A DNA stretch of 45,747 nt from the NCBI GenBank assembly GCA_014763725.1, contig JACXUX010000001.1, positions 1 to 45,747 on the forward strand, given 5' to 3'. The DNA comes from Rhodobacterales bacterium. GTDB lineage: Bacteria > Pseudomonadota > Alphaproteobacteria > Rhodobacterales > Rhodobacteraceae. The notes beneath the pieces were generated by a model. That model was not told the origin of the DNA. It did no database searches and saw only the letters and a program-made list of their open reading frames with translations. A program made the position numbers and the translations under genes. Of this stretch, positions 9,174-19,938 are shown piece by piece. Position 1 is the stretch's first letter. Each line of letters starts with the position of its first letter.

Positions 9174-9553
9174 GCGCGGTCCCCGGTTGCGGTGCGGTCG
9201 CGGGGCGGCTGCCCCTCGGCCGCGCGGTCGTCGTCGGTCATGTCGATGCGGTCATCGCCCGCGTGCAGCCAGGACCCCAGCGCCATCATCACGATCACCC
9301 CGGTCATGCCGAAGCTGATCACGATGGCCGTCAGCACCAGCGCCTGCGGCAGCGGGTCGGTATAGCCGGCCTGGGTCTTGTCCAGGATGGGCGGCAGCGC
9401 CAGCGCCACGCGCCCGCTGGCAAAGATGAACAGGTTCACCGCATAGGACAGCAGCGACAGCCCCAGGATCACCGGAAACGCCCGCTGGCGCAGCATCAGA
9501 TAGACGCCCGCCGCCGTCAGCCCGCCCACCGCGGCCGCGATCAGCAACTCCAT
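9170..9553 (-). CDS. phaC: Monovalent cation/H+ antiporter subunit C (NuoK-like)
   Basis: Starts MELLIAAAVGGLT (ATG at 9553), 1 nt after the TAG stop of phaA (9555-9557). 127 aa with a NuoK-like hydrophobic core. Confidence 0.75.
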   Translation of the reverse strand: MELLIAAAVGGLTAAGVYLMLRQRAFPVILGLSLLSYAVNLFIFASGRVALALPPILDKTQAGYTDPLPQALVLTAIVISFGMTGVIVMMALGSWLHAGDDRIDMTDDDRAAEGQPPRDRTATGDRA

Positions 9554-9554
9554 C

Positions 9555-12404
9555 CTAGTGCCCCCCCGTCTGCGTGGCGCGCGGATCGGTGTCATAGGGC
9601 CGGGTGGCCACCGTCTCGCCCGCGCGCACGGCGACCCGGCTCAGCGAGGACAGCGTCAGCATCACCGCCCCCGTCACGGTCAGGAACACGCCCAGGTCGA
9701 ACAGCGCGGCGGTGGCCAGCTCGAATTCCTCGACCACGGGCGGATCGACATAGCCATAGGCCGAGGTCAGGAAGGGCAGGCCGTTGAACCAGGCCCCGAC
9801 CCCGGTGCCCGCGGCGACCAGGACGCCCACGCCGATCATCGCGTGATAGTCGATGCGCTGGCGCGCCTGGGTCCAGCCAAAGCCCGAGGCGGCATATTGC
9901 ATCACCAGCGCGATCGACACGATCAGCCCGGCGATGAACCCCCCGCCCGGCAGGTTGTGCCCGCGCAGGAAGATGAACACCCCCACCATCAGCGCGATGG
10001 GCAGGATCAGCCGCGTCGCCACCACCAGCATCATCGGATGCCGGTCGCCCGCGCGCTCGCGGTCGCGCGGCCAGGACAGCAGCCGGTCATTGGCCGGCCC
10101 GCCGCGCAGGATCGTCTCGGTCAGGGCATAGATCAGCAGCCCGCCGATCCCCAGCACCGTGATCTCGCCAAAGGTGTCATAGCCGCGGAAGTCGACCAGG
10201 ATAACGTTGACGACATTGGTGCCGCCGCCCTCGGTCTTGGAATTGGCCAGGTAGTAGTCGGCCACGCTGGGCAGGGCAAAGTCGCGCATCAGCATGGCCA
10301 GCGTCAGCGCCCCCACCGCCAGCCCCGCCGCGACCGCCACGCCGCCGTCGCGCAGCCGGCGCGGCACGCTGCTTTCGCGCGGCGTGGTCCTGGGCAGGAA
10401 GTTCAGCGCCAGCAGCATCAGGACGACCGTCACCACCTCGACCGAGATCTGCGTCAGCGCCAGGTCCGGCGCGGCCAGATAGGCAAAGGCGACCGAGACC
10501 ATCAGCCCCACCACCCCCACCAGCAGCACGGCCAGGATGCGCAGCCGGTGCGCGACCACGGTCGCCGCGGTGCAGACCATCAGCAGCGTCCATCCCGCCA
10601 GCGCGACCGGCTGGATCGGGGTTCCCGCGCGGGTGCCCGCGGCATGATCGCCCGTGGCAAAGGCCCAGACCCCGGCCGCCACCATCGCCACCGTGGCGAT
10701 GGCCATGTAGCGCGTCAGCGCGCCGTCGTGGCTGCCCTCGGCCAGGCGGCGGGCGGCCGCGGCCAGCGCCGCGGTCGTGCGGTCGAAGATCGCCTTGCCC
10801 TCGAGCCGGGGCAGGGCGGCCCAGGCGCGCGCCGCGCCGCCATGGGCGGCAAACAGCAGCGCCCCGCCAGCCACGGCCAGGATCGACAGGACCAGCGCAG
10901 GCTTCAGCCCGTGCCACAGCTTCAGATGCGGGTGCAGCGACTGGCCGGTGACGGCATCGGCCGCCGCGGTCACGATCCAGCCCGTCATCGCCATGGGCGC
11001 CAGGCCGATGGCCACCACCAGCCCGACCAGCAGCGCGGGTGCGGCCCACATGCCCTCGGGCGGGTCATGCGGATGGTGCGGATAGTCGTGCCGTTCCGCG
11101 CCCAGGAAGGTCCGGCCCACCAGCCGAAAGGAATAGGCCACCGACAGCAGCGCCCCCAGCGTGGCCAGCGCGGCCAGCGTCCAGGGCCCGCCCAGCCAGT
11201 GGGTGTGGACCGCGGCTTCCAGCATCATCTCTTTGGAAATGAAGCCGTTCAGCGGCGGGATGCCGGCCATCGACAGGCCCGCCACCGTGGTCAGGCCAAA
11301 GGTCACCGGCATCAGCCGCGCCAGCCCGCCCAGCCGGCGGATGTCGCGAGTGCCGACCTCATGGTCGACGATGCCCGCGGCCATGAACAGCGCGGCCTTG
11401 AAGGTGGCGTGGTTGATGATGTGAAAGACCGCCGTCACCGCCGCATCATTGGTGCCCATGCCCAGCAGCATGGTGACCAGCCCCAGATGGCTGACGGTGG
11501 AATAGGCCAGGATCGCCTTGAGATCGTCCTTGAACAGCGCGACGGCCGCCCCCACCAGCATGGTGATCAGCCCGGCCGAGGTGACGATCCAGAACCATTC
11601 GGCCGTGCCCGACAGCACCGGCCACAGCCTGGCCATCAGGAAGATGCCCGCCTTCACCATGGTGGCCGAATGCAGATAGGCCGACACCGGGGTGGGCGCG
11701 GCCATCGCATGGGGCAGCCAGAAGTGGAACGGGAACTGCGCCGACTTGGTGAAACAGCCCAGCAGCATCAGCACCAGCGCCGGGGCATAGAGGGGGCTGG
11801 ACTGGATCTCGACCCGATGTTCCAGGATCACCGACAATTCGTAGCTGCCCGCGATCTGGCCCAGCATCAGCATGCCCGCGATCATCGCCAGCCCCCCGCC
11901 GCCCGTGATGGCCAGCGCCATGCGCGCGCCTTGACGGCCCTCGGGCAGGTGTTTCCAGTAGCCGATCAGCAGGAACGACGACAGCGAGGTCAGTTCCCAG
12001 AACACCAGCAGCAGCAGGATGTTGTCCGACAGCACGATGCCCACCATCGCGCCCTGGAACAGCATCAGATAGCTGTAGAACACCCCCATCGGATCGCGCG
12101 ACGACAGGTAGAACCGGGCATACAGGATGATCAGCAGCCCGATCCCCAGGATCAGGCCCGCAAACAGCAGCCCCAGCCCGTCCAGCCGGAAGCTGGCCGC
12201 CAGCCCCAGCTGCGGCAGCCATTCGATGCGCGCGGTGATCACCTGCCCCGCGATCACCGCGGGCGCGTGCAGGATCAGCCCCAACAGCGCCAGCGCGGTG
12301 AAGGCCGCGGTCGTCAGCGCACAGGGCGTGCGGCCGGCGCGGATCATCAGGCCGGGCAGCAGCGCCCCCAGAAAGGGCAGGGCGACGATCAGGGGAAGTG
12401 TCAT
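9555..12404 (-). CDS. phaA: Monovalent cation/H+ antiporter fused subunit A/B (NuoL-like)
   Basis: 949 aa from MTLPLIVALPFLGALLP (ATG at 12404). A NuoL/MrpA-like N-terminal part (FHFWLPHAMAAPTPVSAYLHSATMVKAG) plus an MrpB-like C-terminal part is the fused arrangement typical of Pha-type (group 2) Mrp operons. Confidence 0.85.
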   Translation of the reverse strand: MTLPLIVALPFLGALLPGLMIRAGRTPCALTTAAFTALALLGLILHAPAVIAGQVITARIEWLPQLGLAASFRLDGLGLLFAGLILGIGLLIILYARFYLSSRDPMGVFYSYLMLFQGAMVGIVLSDNILLLLVFWELTSLSSFLLIGYWKHLPEGRQGARMALAITGGGGLAMIAGMLMLGQIAGSYELSVILEHRVEIQSSPLYAPALVLMLLGCFTKSAQFPFHFWLPHAMAAPTPVSAYLHSATMVKAGIFLMARLWPVLSGTAEWFWIVTSAGLITMLVGAAVALFKDDLKAILAYSTVSHLGLVTMLLGMGTNDAAVTAVFHIINHATFKAALFMAAGIVDHEVGTRDIRRLGGLARLMPVTFGLTTVAGLSMAGIPPLNGFISKEMMLEAAVHTHWLGGPWTLAALATLGALLSVAYSFRLVGRTFLGAERHDYPHHPHDPPEGMWAAPALLVGLVVAIGLAPMAMTGWIVTAAADAVTGQSLHPHLKLWHGLKPALVLSILAVAGGALLFAAHGGAARAWAALPRLEGKAIFDRTTAALAAAARRLAEGSHDGALTRYMAIATVAMVAAGVWAFATGDHAAGTRAGTPIQPVALAGWTLLMVCTAATVVAHRLRILAVLLVGVVGLMVSVAFAYLAAPDLALTQISVEVVTVVLMLLALNFLPRTTPRESSVPRRLRDGGVAVAAGLAVGALTLAMLMRDFALPSVADYYLANSKTEGGGTNVVNVILVDFRGYDTFGEITVLGIGGLLIYALTETILRGGPANDRLLSWPRDRERAGDRHPMMLVVATRLILPIALMVGVFIFLRGHNLPGGGFIAGLIVSIALVMQYAASGFGWTQARQRIDYHAMIGVGVLVAAGTGVGAWFNGLPFLTSAYGYVDPPVVEEFELATAALFDLGVFLTVTGAVMLTLSSLSRVAVRAGETVATRPYDTDPRATQTGGH

Positions 12405-12558
12405 GCGCGGGCGATCCGTGTCTGGTGACGTCCGTGGTCGCGCAGCCCCGGAGGTGGCGCGCAAGCGGCCATGTTGTGCGGCAGTTCCTTTGGCCAAGTC
12501 AACTGAAACGCGCGTCATCGCGGGGTTTTTGCCCGATGGGCCCCCGGTCCGTCCCCGG

Positions 12559-13500
12559 TCAGCCGTTGGGCGTCATCGACTTGCGCTGACGGGCGCGTTC
12601 CAGACCCAGCTGGCGTTCGCGCCAGATGATCAGGATGCCCGCCGTCACCACGATCGCGGCCCCGCCCAGCATGGTCAGCGTGGGCACCTCGTCGAACAGC
12701 GCATAGCCGATGGCCAGCGCAAAGATCATCGAGACATATTCGAACGGCGCGATGACGCTGGCATCGGCCTCGCGGTAGCTGGAGGTCAGCAGGATCTGCC
12801 CGATCCCCCCCAGCAGCCCCGCCGTCACCAGCAGCGCGGCCTGCCCCGGGCTGGGCACGACCCAGCCAAAGGGCAGGGTGACCAGCGACATCACCGTGGC
12901 GCTGACCGAGAACCAGAAGACGATCGAGGCCGTGCCCTCGGTCATCACCAGCTTGCGCACGAAGACCTGCGCCAGCGCGGCGAACACCGCGCCGCCCAGC
13001 ACCAGCAGGGCGCCCAGCGCCTCGGCCGTGGTGCCGCCGCCGTCCAGCACCGTCAGCCGCGGCGACAGCACGATCAGCACGCCCACCAGCCCCAGCCCCA
13101 CGGCCGAGATGCGGAAGACCCGCACCTCCTCGCCCAGGAACATCGCGGCAAAGACGACGGTCAGCAGCGGCGCGGCATAGCCGATGGCGGTCACCTCGGG
13201 CAGGGGCAGGTAACCCAGGCCCGCAAAGCCCAGGCCCATCGCCATCGTGCCCACGAAACCGCGCCACAGATGCCCCATCGGCTGGACGGTGCGGAACCCC
13301 GTGGCCAGTTCGCGCCGCCACCACAGCCAGGCCACGATGACCGGAATGGCAAAGGCCGACCGGAAGAACACCGCCTGCCCGGGCGGAACGGTGTCCGACA
13401 CCGCCTTGATCACGGTGGCCATGACGACGAAGACCAGGACCGACCCGGTCTTCAGCGCGATTCCGCGCAGGGGCCGGGGGGGGGGCATATCGGGCTGCAT
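12559..13500 (-). CDS. DMT superfamily (EamA-like) transporter
   Basis: 313 aa from [17 protein letters not shown] (ATG at 13500). About ten hydrophobic segments and two EamA-like halves. The upstream part of track ORF 12559..13740 overlaps the adenine deaminase start and is low-complexity. Confidence 0.7.
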   Translation of the reverse strand: MQPDMPPPRPLRGIALKTGSVLVFVVMATVIKAVSDTVPPGQAVFFRSAFAIPVIVAWLWWRRELATGFRTVQPMGHLWRGFVGTMAMGLGFAGLGYLPLPEVTAIGYAAPLLTVVFAAMFLGEEVRVFRISAVGLGLVGVLIVLSPRLTVLDGGGTTAEALGALLVLGGAVFAALAQVFVRKLVMTEGTASIVFWFSVSATVMSLVTLPFGWVVPSPGQAALLVTAGLLGGIGQILLTSSYREADASVIAPFEYVSMIFALAIGYALFDEVPTLTMLGGAAIVVTAGILIIWRERQLGLERARQRKSMTPNG

Positions 13501-13603
13501 GGGCGATTTCTGCGCTCGCGGCCGCCTGCGCGCAAGCCGAAACGGCTTGCCCCCGGCGCCGGGCTGGGGTTCACTTTCCCTGCGCCCAGCAAGGATGACC
13601 GCC

Positions 13604-15307
13604 ATGTCCCGACCGCTTGCCGACCGCATCGCCCAGGGCCGGGGGCTGCGCCCGGCCGATCTGGTGCTGCGGGGCGGGCGGGTGTTCGACCTGATCACCG
13701 GCGATCTGGTCGAAACCGATGTCGCGGTCTGCGGCGACACGATCGTGGGCGTCTTCGGCCCCTATCGCGGCGTGCAGGAAATCGACGTGTCCGGCCGCAT
13801 CCTGGTGCCCGGCTTCATCGACACGCATCTGCATATCGAAAGCTCGCTGGTCACGCCGTTCGAATTCGACCGCTGCGTGACCCCGCGCGGCGTGACCACC
13901 GCGATCTGCGACCCGCATGAGATTGCCAATGTCGCGGGGCTGACGGGGATCCGCTATTTCCTGGACGCCTCGGCCTGCACGCTGATGGACATCCGGGTGA
14001 ACCTGTCGTCCTGCGTGCCCTCGACCCACATGGAAACCGCGGGTGCGCGGCTGACGGCGGCGGACCTGGTCCCGCTGGCCGACCATCCGCGGGTGATCGG
14101 CCTGGCCGAGTTCATGAACTTCCCCGGCGTGCTGGCGGGCGACCCCGAGTGTCTGGCCAAGCTCGAGGCGTTCCGCGGCCGCCACATCGACGGGCACTGC
14201 CCGCTGCTGCGGGGCAACGACCTGAACGGCTACATCGCCGCGGGCATCCGCACCGAACATGAGGCGACCACCGCCGACGAGGCGCTGGAAAAGCTGCGCA
14301 AGGGCATGCGGGTGCTGATCCGCGAAGGGTCGGTGTCGCGCGACCTGCACGCGCTGGCGGGGCTGATCACGGAACGCTTCGCGCCCTACCTGGCCTTCTG
14401 CACCGATGACCGCAATCCGCTGGACATCGCCGAACACGGCCACATCGACCACATGATCCGCACGGCCATCGCGCTGGGGGCCGATCCGCTGGCCGTCTAT
14501 CGCACCGCCAGCCTGTCGGCGGCCGAGGCCTTCGGGCTGAAGGACCGCGGCCTGATCGCGCCGGGCAGGCGCGCCGACATCGTGGCGATCGACAGCCTGG
14601 CGGGCTGCCACGCGTCGCTGGTGCTGGCCGGCGGGGTGCCGGTGACGGCGGCGGCCTTTGCCGCGCGCCCCACCGTGGCGCCCGTCGCGCGGCAGTCGGT
14701 GCGCGCACGCCCCGTGACGGCGGCCGATTTCCGCACCGCGGGCAACCGGGCCGAAACCCCGGTGATCGGCATCGTCCCCGGCAAGATCATCACCGCACAC
14801 CTGACTGAGACGATTCCGCCCCAGGGTGGCGACAAGCGCGCCGATCCCGCGCGCGACCTGGCCAAGGTGGCGGTGATCGAACGGCACGGGGTGAACGGCA
14901 ACCTGGCCACCGGGTTCGTCCGCGGCTTTGGCCTGCAGCGCGGCGCGATCGCGGCCACGGTGGCGCATGACCACCACAACATCGTGGTGGTGGGGGTCGA
15001 CCCTGCCGACATGGCGCTGGCCGCCAACCGGCTGGGCCAGATCGAGGGCGGCTTCGTCGTGGTGCGGGGCGGGCAGGTGACGGCCGAACTGCCGCTGCCG
15101 CTGGCGGGGTTGATGAGCCTGGATCCGTTCGAGGTGGTGCGCGACCGGCTGGTCGCCCTGCGCGCCGCCGCGCGCGACCTGGGCGTGGTGCTGGACGAAC
15201 CCTTCCTGCAGCTGGCCTTTGTCGCGCTGCCGGTGATCCCGCATCTGAAGATCACCGACCACGGCATGGTCGATGTCGACCGGTTCGAGGTGATCGCCCC
15301 CGGATGA
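13604..15307 (+). CDS. ade: Adenine deaminase
   Basis: 567 aa. Amidohydrolase metal motif [12 protein letters not shown] and [10 protein letters not shown] are typical of Ade. AAGGA at 13591-13595 favours the ATG at 13604, but the ATG at 13595 is also possible. Confidence 0.85.
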   Translation: MSRPLADRIAQGRGLRPADLVLRGGRVFDLITGDLVETDVAVCGDTIVGVFGPYRGVQEIDVSGRILVPGFIDTHLHIESSLVTPFEFDRCVTPRGVTTAICDPHEIANVAGLTGIRYFLDASACTLMDIRVNLSSCVPSTHMETAGARLTAADLVPLADHPRVIGLAEFMNFPGVLAGDPECLAKLEAFRGRHIDGHCPLLRGNDLNGYIAAGIRTEHEATTADEALEKLRKGMRVLIREGSVSRDLHALAGLITERFAPYLAFCTDDRNPLDIAEHGHIDHMIRTAIALGADPLAVYRTASLSAAEAFGLKDRGLIAPGRRADIVAIDSLAGCHASLVLAGGVPVTAAAFAARPTVAPVARQSVRARPVTAADFRTAGNRAETPVIGIVPGKIITAHLTETIPPQGGDKRADPARDLAKVAVIERHGVNGNLATGFVRGFGLQRGAIAATVAHDHHNIVVVGVDPADMALAANRLGQIEGGFVVVRGGQVTAELPLPLAGLMSLDPFEVVRDRLVALRAAARDLGVVLDEPFLQLAFVALPVIPHLKITDHGMVDVDRFEVIAPG

Positions 15308-15377
15308 CCCGCGCCCCGCGGGGCGGCGCAAGTTGCCGTCCCGGCCCGGAAATTCCTGCGTTGCGGCATTTTCGGGC

Positions 15378-15406
15378 TTACACATTCAATAAGACGAATA
15401 TATATC
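15378..15406 (+). promoter_or_regulatory. Candidate sigma70-type promoter in an AT-rich island upstream of the RND operon
   Basis: TTACAC (15378-15383), 17 nt, TATATC (15401-15406), inside the conspicuously AT-rich stretch cttacacattcaataagacgaatatatat in an otherwise GC-rich genome. It lies 33 nt upstream of the adaptor ATG. Confidence 0.35.
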
Positions 15407-15438
15407 CCGCCCATCCGCCCCGAAAGACGAGGATCGCC

Positions 15439-16398
15439 ATGCACCGCCTCATCGCCGCCTGTCTGCTTCTGCTGCCCCTGCCGCTGGCCGCGCAGCCGCT
15501 GGAACCCGTGACGCTGACCGACTGGAAGGCGGTCTATGGCCGGATCGAGGCGCGCGACCGCATCCCCGCGCGCGCGCGCATCGGCGGCACGCTGGTCGAA
15601 CTGACGGTGGCCGAGGGCGACACGGTCGCCGCCGGCCAGCCGCTGGCGCGCGTGGTCGACGAAAAGCTGAACTTCCAGCTGAGTGCGATCGACAGCCAGA
15701 TGCAGGCGCTGCAAAGCCAGCTGGACAATGCCCGCACCGAACTGGCCCGGGGCGAGGAGCTGCTGACCCGCGGCGTGACCACGACCCAGCGGCTGGATGC
15801 GCTGCGCACCCAGGTCGACGTGCTGGTGAACCAGATCGCCGCCGTCCAGGCCGAACGCCGCGTGGTCGAACAGCAGGCGGCCGAAGGCACGGTGCTGGCC
15901 CCCGCCGCGGGCCGGGTGCTGGACGTGCCCCAGACCACGGGCGCCGTGGTGATGCCGGGCGAGGTGGTGGCCACCATCGCCGCGGGTGGGCTGTTCCTGC
16001 GCCTGGCGGTGCCCGAACGCCATGCCGCGCATCTGGACGAGGGCGACGCCATCGCCATCGAGACGCCGTCAGGTGCGGCCGAGGGGCGGCTGGCCCGCAT
16101 CTATCCACTGATCGAGAACGGCCGTGTGCTGGCCGATGTCGAGGTCGAGGGCCTGCCCGACCGCCATGTCGACGCGCGCGTGCTGGTGCGGCTGCCCGTG
16201 GGCACGCGCCAGGCGCTGGTGGTGCCGGTGGAGGCGGTCGTCACCCGCGCGGGGCTGGACTTCGTGCCCGTCCAGGGACCCGCGGGCCCGGTGGAACGCG
16301 CCGTGGTGCTGGGCGCGCGGCAGATGCTGGACGGGGTGGCGGTGGTCGAGGTGATGACGGGCCTGGCCGCCGGCGATGTGGTGGTGGGCCATGAGTGA
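15439..16398 (+). CDS. Efflux RND transporter periplasmic adaptor subunit (HlyD/MFP family)
   Basis: 319 aa with RBS GACGAGGA and signal peptide MHRLIAACLLLLPLPLAAQP. Has a lipoyl-like segment GGTLVELTVAEGDTVAAGQPLARV and a coiled-coil region. Its stop overlaps the pump start by 8 nt. Confidence 0.8.
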   Translation: MHRLIAACLLLLPLPLAAQPLEPVTLTDWKAVYGRIEARDRIPARARIGGTLVELTVAEGDTVAAGQPLARVVDEKLNFQLSAIDSQMQALQSQLDNARTELARGEELLTRGVTTTQRLDALRTQVDVLVNQIAAVQAERRVVEQQAAEGTVLAPAAGRVLDVPQTTGAVVMPGEVVATIAAGGLFLRLAVPERHAAHLDEGDAIAIETPSGAAEGRLARIYPLIENGRVLADVEVEGLPDRHVDARVLVRLPVGTRQALVVPVEAVVTRAGLDFVPVQGPAGPVERAVVLGARQMLDGVAVVEVMTGLAAGDVVVGHE

Positions 16399-19300
16399 CG
16401 AACCGCGCCTGGGGCTGGCCGGGGGGCTGACGCGCAGCTTCATCACCTCGGCCCTGACGCCGCTGTTCATCCTGGCCGCGCTGGCCATGGGGCTGGTCGC
16501 GCTGATCTCGCTGCCGCGCGAGGAAGAGCCGCAGATTTCCGTACCGCTGGTCGACATCCACGTCCAGGCGCCCGGCCTGCGCGCCGAGGATGCGGTCAAG
16601 CTGGTGACCGAGCCGCTGGAAACCATCGTCGCCGCGATCAACGACGTCGAACACGTCTATTCCCAGACCGAGGACGACGGCGCCATGGTCACCGCCCGCT
16701 TCGAGGTGGGGACCGAGGCCGATGCCGCCATCCTGCGCGTGCATGACAAGGTGCGCGCCAACATCGACCGGCTGCCCGTGGGCATCCCCGAGCCGCTGAT
16801 CGTCGGCCGCGGCATCGACGACGTGGCCATCGTCAGCCTGACGCTGACCGGCGATCAGGTCAGCGCCAACGACCTGACCCGCATCGCCCGCGAGTTGCAG
16901 GCCGAGGTGGCCAAGCTGCGCGACGTGGGCCTGACCTATCTGGTGGGCGAGGCGCCCGAGGCCATCCGCATCGCGCCCGATCCCGAGCGGCTGGCGCTCT
17001 ATGGCATCACGCTCCAGCAGCTGGCGGCCAAGGTCCAGGGGGCCAATACCGTGCGCCGGCTGGGCGGGCTGCGCGACGCGGGCGACCAGATCGCTCTGGT
17101 CGCGGGCGAAACGCTGGTGGCGCCGCAGGACATCGGCAACCTGCTGCTGACCGCGCGCGACGGGCGGCCGGTCTATGTGGCCGATGTGGCCAGCGTGTCC
17201 TTTGTCCCCGACACGTCGGACCGGATGGTGGCGCATGTCGAAAGGGGCGAGGGCGACGCGGTCCGCACCCCCGCCGTTACGCTCGCCATCGCCAAGCGGG
17301 CCGGGGCCAATGCCGTGGTGGTGGCCGAGGAGGTCCTGCACCGCGTCCATGCGCTGGAGGGCGAGCTGATCCCCGAAGGCGTGCGCGTGCTGGTCACCCG
17401 CGACTATGGCGAGACGGCGAACGAAAAGGCCAACGAACTGCTGTTCCACCTGGGCCTGGCCACGGTGTCGATCGTGGGCCTGGTGCTGATCGCCATCGGC
17501 TGGCGCGAGTCGGTCGTGGTGGCCATCGTGATCCCGGTCACCATCCTGCTGACGCTGTTTGCCGCCTGGATCATGGGCTATACGCTGAACCGCGTGTCGC
17601 TGTTCGCGCTGATCTTTTCCATCGGCATCCTGGTCGACGACGCCATCGTGGTGATCGAGAACATCGCCCGCCACTGGGGCCTGCCCACGGGCGGCGACCG
17701 CAAGGCCCGCGCCATCGCCGCGGTGGCCGAGGTGGGCAACCCCACCATCGTGGCCACGCTGACGGTGGTGGCGGCGCTGCTGCCGATGCTGTTCGTGTCC
17801 GGGCTGATGGGGCCCTACATGTCGCCCATCCCGGCCAATGCCAGCGCGGCGATGATCTTTTCCTTCTTCGTCGCGGTGATCATCACGCCCTGGCTGATGC
17901 TGAAGATCGCGGGCCGCGCGCCGCTGCATCATGGCGACGGTCACGCCCATGGCGGGGTGCTGGACCGCGCCTATGCGGCGGTCGCCCGGCCGGTGCTGGC
18001 CTCGAAGGGGCGCAGCCTGCTGTTCCTGCTGGTGACGGCGGTGCTGTCCTTCGGCTCGCTGGGGGCGCTGTATACCCGCGATGTGCCGGTGAAACTGCTG
18101 CCCTTCGACAACAAGTCGGAACTGGCGGTGGTGATCGACCTGCCCGAGGGCGCCTCGGTCGAGGCGACCGATGCCGTGGCCCAGGCGGTGGCGGCCGTGG
18201 CGCTGGAGTTGCCCGAGGTGCTGCATGTCCAGACCCATGCGGGCACCGCGGCACCCTTCAACTTCAACGGGCTGGTGCGCCACTACTATCTGCGCGACCG
18301 GCCGCACATGGGCGACGTGCAGATCAACCTGACGCCCAAGACCGACCGCGACCGGCCCAGCCACGACATCGCGCTGGAGCTGCGCGAACGGCTGCGGGCG
18401 ATCCCGGTGCCCCCCGGCACGGTGCTGAAGACGGTCGAACCCCCGCCGGGGCCCCCCGTGATCGCCACACTGCTGGCCGAGGTCTATGGCCCCACGCCCG
18501 AGGCCCGGCGCGAGGCCGCGGCCCGGGTGCGGCAGGCCTTTGAAGGCGTGCCCTTCATCGTCGATGTCGACGACAGCTTCGGCCAGCCGCCGCGGCGGGT
18601 GCGGGCCACGATCTCGACCGACGATCTGGAATTCTTCGGCGTGCAGGAAGGCGACGTGTTCGACACGCTGTCGATCCTGAACGGGTCGACCGTGGTGGGC
18701 TATTCCCACCGGGGCGAGGGGCGCCGGCCCATCCCGCTGGTGCTGGAACGCCCGCGCGGCGAACGGGTGATGGACGAAGCCGCCCTGACCACGCCCATCC
18801 CGGCCAACGTTCTGCCCGGCGCGCGCGGCGTGGTGGAACTGGGCGACGTGCTGCGGCTGACCGAGGAAACCGCCAGCTACCCGCTGTTCCGCCACAACGG
18901 CCGCTTTGCCGAGATGGTGACGGCCGAACTGGCCGGCGATTTCGAGGCGCCGCTCTACGGCATGCTGGCCGTGGGCCAGGCGATGCAGTCCATCGACTGG
19001 GGCCCCCAGGGCGCGCCCGAGATCCGGCTGAACGGCCAGCCCCAGGACGAAAGCCGCGTCACCCTGCTGTGGGACGGCGAATGGGAGGTGACCTGGGTGA
19101 CCTTCCGCGACATGGGCGCGGCCTTTGGCGTGGCGCTGCTGGGCATCTATATCCTGGTGGTGGCGCAGTTCGGATCGTTCCGGCTGCCGCTGGTGATCCT
19201 GACGCCCATTCCGCTGACCTTCCTGGGCATCATGCTGGGCCACTGGCTGTTTGCCGCGCCGTTCTCGGCCACGTCGATGATCGGCTTCATCGCGCTGGCG

Positions 19301-19570
19301 GGGATCATCGTGCGCAACTCGATCCTGCTGGTCGACTTCATCCGCCACGACACCTCGGGCAAGCCCGCGGTCGAGGTGCTGATCGACGCCGGCGCGATCC
19401 GGTTCAAGCCGATCCTGCTGACCGCGATCGCCGCGATGATCGGGGCGGTGGTGATCCTGGCCGACCCGATCTTCCAGGGGCTGGCGATCTCGCTGCTGTT
19501 CGGGCTGTTGACCTCGACGCTGCTGACGGTGCTGGTGATCCCGGCCATCTACCGGGTGTTCAAGACCTGA
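16391..19570 (+). CDS. Efflux RND transporter permease (AcrB/AcrD/AcrF family)
   Basis: 1059 aa from MSDEPRLGLAGGLTRSF. Twelve-TM RND architecture with two large periplasmic loops. No outer-membrane factor gene is present in the operon. Confidence 0.85.
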   Translation: MSDEPRLGLAGGLTRSFITSALTPLFILAALAMGLVALISLPREEEPQISVPLVDIHVQAPGLRAEDAVKLVTEPLETIVAAINDVEHVYSQTEDDGAMVTARFEVGTEADAAILRVHDKVRANIDRLPVGIPEPLIVGRGIDDVAIVSLTLTGDQVSANDLTRIARELQAEVAKLRDVGLTYLVGEAPEAIRIAPDPERLALYGITLQQLAAKVQGANTVRRLGGLRDAGDQIALVAGETLVAPQDIGNLLLTARDGRPVYVADVASVSFVPDTSDRMVAHVERGEGDAVRTPAVTLAIAKRAGANAVVVAEEVLHRVHALEGELIPEGVRVLVTRDYGETANEKANELLFHLGLATVSIVGLVLIAIGWRESVVVAIVIPVTILLTLFAAWIMGYTLNRVSLFALIFSIGILVDDAIVVIENIARHWGLPTGGDRKARAIAAVAEVGNPTIVATLTVVAALLPMLFVSGLMGPYMSPIPANASAAMIFSFFVAVIITPWLMLKIAGRAPLHHGDGHAHGGVLDRAYAAVARPVLASKGRSLLFLLVTAVLSFGSLGALYTRDVPVKLLPFDNKSELAVVIDLPEGASVEATDAVAQAVAAVALELPEVLHVQTHAGTAAPFNFNGLVRHYYLRDRPHMGDVQINLTPKTDRDRPSHDIALELRERLRAIPVPPGTVLKTVEPPPGPPVIATLLAEVYGPTPEARREAAARVRQAFEGVPFIVDVDDSFGQPPRRVRATISTDDLEFFGVQEGDVFDTLSILNGSTVVGYSHRGEGRRPIPLVLERPRGERVMDEAALTTPIPANVLPGARGVVELGDVLRLTEETASYPLFRHNGRFAEMVTAELAGDFEAPLYGMLAVGQAMQSIDWGPQGAPEIRLNGQPQDESRVTLLWDGEWEVTWVTFRDMGAAFGVALLGIYILVVAQFGSFRLPLVILTPIPLTFLGIMLGHWLFAAPFSATSMIGFIALAGIIVRNSILLVDFIRHDTSGKPAVEVLIDAGAIRFKPILLTAIAAMIGAVVILADPIFQGLAISLLFGLLTSTLLTVLVIPAIYRVFKT

Positions 19571-19578
19571 CCCCCATC

Positions 19579-19608
19579 CCCCGCGGCTTGAATTCCCGGG
19601 CCGCGGGG
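19579..19608 (+). terminator. GC-rich hairpin after the RND pump gene (possible terminator, no T-tract)
   Basis: CCCCGCGGC (19579-19587), 12-nt loop, GCCGCGGGG (19600-19608), 9 nt after the pump stop codon. It is followed by cgtatct, so there is no U-run. Confidence 0.3.
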
Positions 19609-19644
19609 CGTATCTGGCGACAAACTTCGCAGTCAGGACATGTC

Positions 19645-19842
19645 ATGGCCAAGGCCAATCCCTTCCAGTTCCTTCAGCAGGTGCGCGCCGAGGTGGCCAA
19701 GGTCGTCTGGCCGTCCCGCCGCGAGGTGGTGCTGACCACGATCATGGTCTTTGTCATGGCGGCACTGACGGCGACCTTCTTCTTTCTGGTTGATCTGACG
19801 ATCCGGTCCGGCCTGTCGGTGGTGCTGGGGCTGTTCGGCTGA
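19645..19842 (+). CDS. secE: Preprotein translocase subunit SecE
   Basis: 65 aa, MAKANPFQFLQQVRAEVAKVVWPSRREVVLTTIMV plus a single TM, in conserved position upstream of nusG. Confidence 0.9.
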   Translation: MAKANPFQFLQQVRAEVAKVVWPSRREVVLTTIMVFVMAALTATFFFLVDLTIRSGLSVVLGLFG

Positions 19843-19904
19843 TCCGGCATTCGCGCTTGCGCTTTGGTGGCGTGCTGGCTAGGTATCTGCGGATCATAAG
19901 GGAC

Positions 19905-19938
19905 CGGCGCGCTGCGATTCGGGCGGCGCGCTGTTTTT
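19905..19938 (+). terminator. Intrinsic-terminator-like hairpin plus T5 tract between secE and nusG
   Basis: Stem 19905-19915 pairs with 19923-19933 (about 11 bp including two G-U pairs; core GGCGCGC/GCGCGCT), with a 7-nt loop, directly followed by TTTTT (19934-19938). Confidence 0.5.

Noticed and set aside
2977-19348. Other long shadow ORFs: 2977..5457 (+), 2258..3790 (-), 5494..6654 (+), 7516..9087 (-), 7656..9365 (+), 9558..12428 (+), 12127..13920 (+), 13571..15385 (-), 14497..16032 (-), 16241..19348 (-).
   Set aside because: Each overlaps, in antisense or in an alternative frame, a gene with clear family similarity (ALDH, deoC, Pha subunits, EamA, ade, RND). Their translations are R/G/P/A/H-rich without motifs.
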